NCBI GenBank assembly: GCA_035084275.1
Contig: CM068743.1
Location: forward strand, 59,148,001-59,212,000
Origin: Hydrolagus colliei
Lineage: Eukaryota
DNA: 64,000 nucleotides
Reading direction: 5' to 3'
Shown here: positions 60,301 through 64,000 of the stretch, piece after piece
Position numbering within the stretch: the first letter of the stretch is position 1
Layout of the letters: each line of letters begins with the position of its first letter
Notes under the pieces: model-generated
Seen by the model: only the letters and a program-made list of their open reading frames with translations
Told to the model about the DNA's origin: nothing
Databases searched by the model: none
Position numbers and translations under genes: made by a program

Positions 60301-62501
60301 AAGTGTATTGAGTTGTCATATTTTCCAACATATTTATCACATTTTTATCAATAATATTCCATTATTTGCTTTTACTTTGGCTAAAGGCTAACAAACAATA
60401 CAACTCATATTAAGGCACAGAACTAATTCTCTGAATTTAATTTCACATTCCAGAAGAAGATCGCTTCAGAGCAGACTTCTGTGAGTCAGCATCATTGCTT
60501 CCTGATACCAGATAGAATCCCTATTGATGACTTGGATCATTATGTAGGAAACTTGCAACAAATCATCACAATTTAGACCCTTTTATTGGTACAATTATCA
60601 ATATTGTACCTCACTTCATGTTATCACACCTATAAACAAACACAATAGTTGATCTCCATTAAATATTGCAGTTTGAAATCAGAGCCAAAAGAATGTGAAA
60701 TGGTCTGTCCCAGAAGATTGTAGAATCGGAATCAATAAGGATGTTTAAAAGAGAGACAGATATTTATTTGGGTTAGTAAAGATATAAAGGGACATGGCTA
60801 AAAGGTTGCACATTGAGATTAAAGGTCTGCCAAGACAAACTGGTGGATTAGCCTTGACGGTCTGATTGCTCCCCTCCTGATCCTGTTTTCCTATGTTGCT
60901 ACCAAGGGCAAAACTTTTCAAAAGTATAGAATGAATATGACAGACTAGCAATCAACCATGTTAATGGTTGAAAACAAATTCTCCCTCAAGTATAATTTTA
61001 ATCTAAGTAAACTTTACATTTACTTTGGGTATACCTCCATGCATGGGGGAAAATGTGTTCAAGATAGGTTTTATGATTGAATTGAGCAAGTGAGTTAGAA
61101 TGCATGCATATCTTGGGGGTTGAGTGAGGATGCCAAATCAATGAGTGTTTTGACATAAGGCATATCAAATTGGTAAGGCAAACAGTCATGATAAAACCCT
61201 TGGTATCTGGAAGAATTTCTCGTAATAGACTGCTGACCCCAGTCATGCTCTTTAATCAAGAGTCAATTGAGCAAAGGGCAATTGTAAAATCTGTTTAAGT
61301 ACCAACATTACAAAGTGAAAGATTTTCAAACAGTTCCAAAAGCAATGTTCAGAATTAGCACACAGGCAGAGAGACAATTACAATGGTAAACTGTGTTCTT
61401 GAGTGTAATTGAAATTTCCAATGCTGTGATAGGGTGTTTATTTCTATAGTTATTTTATTTCACACGATCACAAGAGAGGTTCAGATGAAGTCCCTTTGAT
61501 TCATTTGATCTTATCCTTTAATCATACTCATCCTATGACAGCCTCAAGATGTTTCTTGAATAAAGACCAGAATCTGGACTTCAACCACCCTTTCTGGTAA
61601 CCTCTTCTAGATATTAAATATCCCTTCTGGGGAAAGAAATACTTTCTGGTGCCTGTCCTAAAATTGCCCTTTGCAAATCTTTATGCCCTTGTGTACTGGT
61701 CTGCTGCCTTGATACATATATGGTTTTGTATGGTTTTGTGTTTCATTTCTAAATCTTATTTAGCATGATATGTGCCTCCATAAAGTCTCTTTAAGATACG
61801 TATTTCCAAGAGTGAAGAGGCCTAATGTATCTAACTGTTCCTATCAGTTTATCTCTCTAACGCTGGGGATCATGCTCGTTGTGATCCAGTGGTTGAAATT
61901 CCTTTGGCTTTGGCCATATTTGTTGGTAATGGATTTTTTCCATTACAATCACTCATTGACTAACGTATAATGTCAATTGGAATTTCAGCCATAGATCTAT
62001 AACAGTATAAAAATGTTACTGACAAATCAAGTACCCAAATTCATGTCCTGAATGTGACTTGTTAAATGACTAAATCAAAAGGCATATAAAGCTTCATATA
62101 TTACCCAAACCATAACCCAAATGTTAACATTGTTCCCCATTCTGTACCCTTCATTGAAAGATGCATCACTTTAAAAATACCCGCAAATTTGGAAAACAAA
62201 TGTATTTTGGACCTTAAACATGATAATTGAAGGGTAAATGTGGAATGATCTGTGAATATTCTGTGATAACCTGACACAGAATGCTCTTGTGCATTTTGTG
62301 AGTGTGAATAATGCTTGTATCCTCTACATAGCTCCCATGCTCTTCCATTATGGGTCCTCTGCTTAGGACAAGGAATTTGGCAAATTGAAAGAATGCAAAA
62401 CTCAAGGCATGGTAATTGAAACTCTAATTACTCTTTTCCTCCCTCACCTAGGATCTGTCACGCAAAATTTCTTTGCTGCTCTCCCCTGTGGGGGTCTTGG
62501 A
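265..62501 (+). CDS. HDAC9: Class IIa histone deacetylase, HDAC9-like; partial spliced CDS of 9 internal exons (roughly human exons 8-16)
   Basis: All exons have AG/GT boundaries with compatible phases (1-0,0-0,0-1,1-0,0-0,0-1,1-0,0-1,1-0) and no stop in 1433 nt. Class IIa motifs: [63 protein letters not shown]9-type residues: [54 protein letters not shown]. Confidence 0.9.
517..625 (-). mobile_element. SINE 3' tail fragment
   Basis: aatccttgcatttg...gacgtctcaaagc, shared with full-length copies. Confidence 0.7.
1040..1360 (+). mobile_element. Old Deu-domain SINE (SacSINE1/AmnSINE1-like)
   Basis: tttcagatgagaggttaaacc...caggtggatgt...gctgtttgtggga resembles the recalled Deu-SINE core. Confidence 0.6.
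1648..1690. repeat. (TTCC)n microsatellite
   Basis: About 10 tandem TTCC units. Confidence 0.95.
2770..3280 (-). mobile_element. Two adjacent minus-strand tRNA-SINE copies (2770-2938, 2945-3280)
   Basis: Heads end ...tgagctacaggagctcc and ...tgagctgcaagactcca; body motifs ggagtaaggaaacttgcccaagg and ccaattgcgcacagc. Confidence 0.8.
3295..3545 (+). mobile_element. 5'-truncated tRNA-SINE with internal poly-C
   Basis: aaccttgggcaagttttcttac...ctgtttgtgggacattgctg...tgtgaagcacttt. Confidence 0.8.
3630..3946 (-). mobile_element. Full-length tRNA-SINE
   Basis: (TAA)n tail, L2-like 3' end, Deu-like core and A/B-box head on the minus strand. Confidence 0.88.
5782..5919 (+). CDS. HDAC9: HDAC9 exon: [46 protein letters not shown]
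   Basis: ctttcaacag|CAC...AAT|gtatgt; 138 nt; [14 protein letters not shown] motif. Confidence 0.93.
6734..6944 (+). CDS. HDAC9: HDAC9 exon: [11 protein letters not shown]...[28 protein letters not shown](G)
   Basis: ccttttag|ACC...ACAG|gtgagt; 211 nt; ALLQH.LL.EQ motif. Confidence 0.9.
9208..9240. repeat. (GT)n/(CT)n microsatellite
   Basis: gtgtgtgtgtgtgtctgtgtgtctctctctct. Confidence 0.85.
9729..9955 (+). CDS. HDAC9: HDAC9 exon with 14-3-3 site: [10 protein letters not shown]...[15 protein letters not shown]...[22 protein letters not shown]
   Basis: ttgtag|GTG...AACAAG|gtctga; 227 nt; closely matches recalled HDAC9 [37 protein letters not shown]. Confidence 0.95.
11975..12245 (-). mobile_element. 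Old Deu-type SINE
   Basis: ccttgcatttg...gtctcaaagtg...tcccacaagc...gacaccaggagaa...taacatccacttgaac. Confidence 0.7.
12305..12613 (+). mobile_element. Full-length tRNA-SINE
   Basis: A-box TAGCTCAATGG, B-box GGTTCAATTCC, core CTGTTTGTGGGACACTGCTGTGCACAATTGGCT, tail AAGCGCTTTGAGAC...AAATGCAAGG(ATT)n. Confidence 0.9.
13887..14156 (+). CDS. HDAC9: HDAC9 acidic/SUMO exon: [23 protein letters not shown]...[11 protein letters not shown]...NAFFQQ
   Basis: ttatag|ACG...CAGCAG|gtaaaa; 270 nt, phase 0-0; psi-KxE motif MKQE. The ORF track shows a different frame here. Confidence 0.92.
14690..15300 (-). mobile_element. Degenerate CR1 LINE RT fragment
   Basis: Minus-strand ORF contains [23 protein letters not shown], typical of the CR1 ORF2 C-terminus. 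Confidence 0.8.
19090..19490 (+). mobile_element. L2 LINE 3' fragment
   Basis: C-rich ccttcaagacccgtctcaaaacc..., tail gtgaaaggtgctgtacaaatgtaatttgttg. Confidence 0.7.
19748..20170 (-). mobile_element. L2 LINE 3' fragment
   Basis: acaacaacaatttatatttatatagcgcc tail and G-rich body; tail-to-tail with the + copy upstream. Confidence 0.7.
22490..22760 (+). mobile_element. Degenerate CR1 fragment
   Basis: Similar to the 52.5-53.1 kb CR1 (taataggaacgtaaaatacaag...gctgaatggc). Confidence 0.5.
25085..25720 (-). mobile_element. Nested SINEs: younger tRNA-SINE (25245-25495) inside an older Deu-SINE
   Basis: Head ...tgagctacaggactc interrupts a Deu body (ggccagaactcc...ccatgggatcttt...cacctgaaca). 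Confidence 0.75.
25905..26350 (-). mobile_element. L2 LINE 3' fragment(s)
   Basis: gtggtcgaagacataggttttaaggtgagagttaaa (LKTYVFD on minus strand), L2-type tail. Confidence 0.65.
27281..27570 (+). mobile_element. tRNA-SINE, long subfamily with CORE-like insert
   Basis: TAGCTCAGTG / GGTTTGATTCC boxes; extra ctgtttacctagctgtaagtagg segment. Confidence 0.85.
27914..28225 (-). mobile_element. Full-length tRNA-SINE
   Basis: (TAA)n tail through head ...gctacaggactcc. Confidence 0.88.
28330..29230 (+). mobile_element. Degenerate L2 LINE RT/3' region
   Basis: [10 protein letters not shown] (decayed YADD), [38 protein letters not shown]. Confidence 0.85.
30153..30306 (+). mobile_element. tRNA-SINE fragment interrupted by a DNA transposon
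   Basis: ccttgggcaagtttccttac...gtgcgcaattggctgcc, ending at TA. Confidence 0.8.
30307..30870 (+). mobile_element. Tigger/pogo-like non-autonomous DNA transposon (one end visible)
   Basis: TA|CAGGTATCCCTC...CCATGGGG..TTCC...CGCGG resembles Tigger/MER2 termini; subterminal direct repeats and a 29-bp internal inverted repeat. Confidence 0.55.
31020..31270 (-). mobile_element. Old Deu-type SINE
   Basis: ggccaagataccaggagaaactccc...ttcaaatagtaccatg. Confidence 0.6.
33810..34130 (+). mobile_element. Ancient SINE-like repeat (AmnSINE2-like, tentative); second copy at ~58830-58960 on minus strand
   Basis: aaaatcagtcag..ttctgatactga..tcatccagtgatctctg..gaaa..acaggagtaggtttggctgtga aligns by eye with the reverse complement of 58830-58960; family name from recall. 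Confidence 0.4.
35920..36370 (-). mobile_element. L2 LINE 3' fragment
   Basis: Minus ORF contains [37 protein letters not shown], the L2 ORF2 C-terminal motif. Confidence 0.85.
36500..36890 (+). mobile_element. Old Deu-type SINE
   Basis: ttaaactgaggtgccatctgcc...aaagatcc...tgtgcaaattggctgc...gtgaagtgcttt. Confidence 0.7.
37270..37500 (+). mobile_element. L2 3' end
   Basis: [10 protein letters not shown]; tail gtgaagcactccgagac...tatataaatgtaaattgttg. Confidence 0.7.
38570..39220 (+). mobile_element. tRNA-SINE (38753-39105) nested in an older Deu-SINE
   Basis: Deu body tttcagatgag...caggtggatgt resumes at gatcccatgcactatttgaa after the insert. Confidence 0.75.
40122..40178. repeat. 30-bp tandem duplication
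   Basis: catcataagagtatccaaac(t/c)agaca present twice, 30 bp apart. Confidence 0.85.
42530..43040 (-). mobile_element. L2 fragment carrying a ~90-bp non-L2 insertion
   Basis: aacaacttgcatttccatagtgcc tail; gaagagtgaggatcttgaaattgatt as in the 36.2 kb L2. Confidence 0.6.
46585..47020 (-). mobile_element. Full-length minus tRNA-SINE (46635-46945) nested in a plus-strand copy of the same family
   Basis: Host ttggctgccgcatttcacccac...aattcactt | insert | ...tctgtgaagggctctgagac...aaatgcaag. Confidence 0.85.
47530..48065 (+). mobile_element. Deu-SINE with nested minus tRNA-SINE (47713-47930)
   Basis: ctgagtcag..gtgggttcaagcccc head, ttaaactgaggtcctgtct core, insert beginning (TAA)n ccttgcattt. 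Confidence 0.75.
48692..48869 (+). CDS. HDAC9: HDAC9 exon with third 14-3-3 site: [59 protein letters not shown](G)
   Basis: aacag|CAGTTC...ACTG|gtagga; 178 nt; SRTQSSPA motif; NAGNAG acceptor. Confidence 0.92.
52226..53147 (+). mobile_element. Young 5'-truncated CR1 LINE (RT C-terminus and 3' UTR)
   Basis: Uninterrupted frame from DDTKLG through [55 protein letters not shown] to the stop at 53058; UTR ends (ATTCTATG)3. Confidence 0.97.
53914..54159 (+). mobile_element. hAT-Charlie-like MITE
   Basis: Ends caatggtcgccaacct and agtttggccatcgctg are imperfect TIRs; subterminal CTGCGGCCCGC; degraded TSD acttagac/atttaac. Confidence 0.55.
54451..54570. repeat. 40-bp minisatellite, 3 copies
   Basis: ccttag......tcacaaag.tttt..t.atc.g..aa units start at 54451, 54491 and 54531. 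Confidence 0.9.
55830..56370. mobile_element. Two old CR1 3' fragments, + then -
   Basis: ttttctcag...tggaataaggtaccggaaagggtggt, then catagaa...tggtaaggcattcca. Confidence 0.55.
57307..57440 (+). CDS. HDAC9: HDAC9 first deacetylase-domain exon: [45 protein letters not shown]
   Basis: ctgtag|GTGTAG...TGTGAG|gtaagg; 134 nt; CxC..H structural Zn ligands and HPEH motif. Confidence 0.97.
57635..58180 (+). mobile_element. Nested SINE/CR1 cluster: tRNA-SINE head, Deu body, CR1 3' tail (57925-58053), SINE tail
   Basis: ggagtcctgtag...gggttcaattcc; gatgggctgaatggcctc...gattctatgattct. Confidence 0.8.
60099..60219 (+). CDS. HDAC9: HDAC9 exon: [40 protein letters not shown](G)
   Basis: ttttttag|CGT...CTTG|gttagt; 121 nt; not present in the ORF track. 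Confidence 0.95.
60690..60900 (+). mobile_element. Old CR1 3' fragment
   Basis: agaatgtgaaatggtctgtcccagaagattgtagaatc...tttaaaagagagacagatatttattt. Confidence 0.55.
61460..61890 (-). mobile_element. Old CR1 fragment
   Basis: tcaaccaccctttctggtaac...ttccaagagtgaagagg...ctggggatcat. Confidence 0.55.
61890..61991. mobile_element. Small MITE-like element with 13-bp inverted ends
   Basis: tggttgaaattcc ... ggaatttcagcca (12 of 13 complementary). Confidence 0.4.
62452..62501 (+). CDS. HDAC9: HDAC9 50-nt exon: (G)[16 protein letters not shown]
   Basis: ccctcacctag|GATCT...TTGGA|gtaagt; LPCGG carries the fourth structural Zn cysteine. Confidence 0.92.
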
Positions 62502-64000
62502 GTAAGTATAACTTTTATTATTGAATGTTCTAAAGATTCTTTTTACCCATTTTGTGCACTGTATTAGTCTTAGTCAGCCTTTCATTAAAGCCTGGCAGCT
62601 GGTGAATTCCCCTAACTCCTCAAGCAAAACACTGCTTACGGAGTGAGTCACTCAGCAACATTCATGAATGTTTAGCCCCCAGATGGAAAAGGCATCACTT
62701 GTGCACCCTATATTTGACACTTTGTGTTGCCTCTTCTATTAGTCTTTTCAAATATCCTCCTACATTAAATCTTAAGGAAGCCCCTGGTCTTAGTGATCAA
62801 AAAAACATGTTGTAAAGTAAAGCTTTCCTAGACTTTTTTTTAACTAGGACTGGAGGGCTGACCTCACCACTCACCAAACAGGAAGTAACAGTCATTGTGC
62901 GGATGATTTACAAACTAGTGGAAATATTTGTCTTGTTATATATCTTACAACAGCAAGAAAAAGAAAGCTTAGTGACTCATCCTGAAGTAAAAGATATAAT
63001 AAAACTTCTAGGGTATTTATTTTGTCTTCTAGATATTGTTTTACCAAACTTCTATCATGAGAGTAATATAATATGTTAAAATTACTATCAATAGGGAATG
63101 GTGTAATGAATATTTCAATGAATGTAGTAATGAATATAGTCAAATACATCTTCTGTAGCTTCATCATTCTGTGCACATGTTACTGCTGCTAAAGTTTGTA
63201 TATGAAGATTAATGGAAATAACTTGTTTGGTGATGCTGCAAACACCATATATAAGACTATTATTGTTGCAAGATTTTGGAATTGGTCTGTAGCTGAAACA
63301 ATTCGCAATTGCCACTATAACAGCAATTTATGACTACTTCAACCCATTCCAATGCCTGTGGGTTTGAGTTGTACTAACTGCAGCTTGAATATTTGTAGAG
63401 TGGTTATTGATGCCAAAATCGTAACAACCCTAATTTCTAGATTAGAGGCCACAGTTTGTGCTGAAACAGAGCCATGCATCGTCTGAAGGAGAAAAGGCTT
63501 TCAAATCCTTAGAGCTTCAACGAACATGAAATCATGTTAGAAAACCAAAACATTTTCACCAATGATTTGCTTGTTTTAGACACCACTTTGTAATTGATCA
63601 ATTAGGTTGTACCAGACTAAAATAGATCCGTGGAATAAGAGAACTGCATAAGACGACAGAGCTATTCAAAAAATCTTATGCAGCAACATAGTTCAAACTA
63701 CTGGGAATCCTGCTGAACTCCCACTCTGTATCAATTCTTTTTTAATATTCACAGCCTTTAATCTGCTTGATGGGCGCAACCAAAAAAAAAGCTGCAATAA
63801 GAAACTGACTGACTTTTATGATGGTGCCATCATCAGCTGCGCTGCTTCAAAAGATTTTGCAGCGTTTGTTGTCATTTAAAGCTTGGATCTTAAACAATCC
63901 ACAATTCTCTAGGCACGCTTAGCAAAATTGATAACAGACTTCTCCTCCTTTGCACGGCTCAGAGGAGGCAATTCACATCATCACCAATGGCAGCAAATAT

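Overview
AT-rich vertebrate genomic DNA, not prokaryotic. The repeat content (tRNA/Deu-type SINEs with L2-like tails, CR1 with ATTCTATG tails, L2 fragments) suggests a cartilaginous fish, possibly a chimaera; this is an inference. The whole window lies inside one + strand gene encoding a class IIa histone deacetylase, best matching HDAC9. Nine GT-AG exons (265-368, 5782-5919, 6734-6944, 9729-9955, 13887-14156, 48692-48869, 57307-57440, 60099-60219, 62452-62501; 1433 nt, ~477 codons) splice in one open frame. They cover the distal N-terminal adaptor region (14-3-3 and SUMO motifs) and the start of the deacetylase domain with all four structural Zn ligands; start and stop codons lie outside the window. 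Almost all other ORF-track entries are chance ORFs or LINE/SINE debris. Most notable observations: a possible MITR/HDRP-like read-through isoform; three near-perfect fold-back hairpins; an unclassified repeat family of at least 600 bp with five co-oriented copies; a modular tRNA+CORE-like+Deu-like SINE; inverted SINEs flanking a stop-free in-frame exon block; and two local duplications. I found no evidence for a new multi-gene system. All comparisons to known proteins and repeats are from recall, not database searches.
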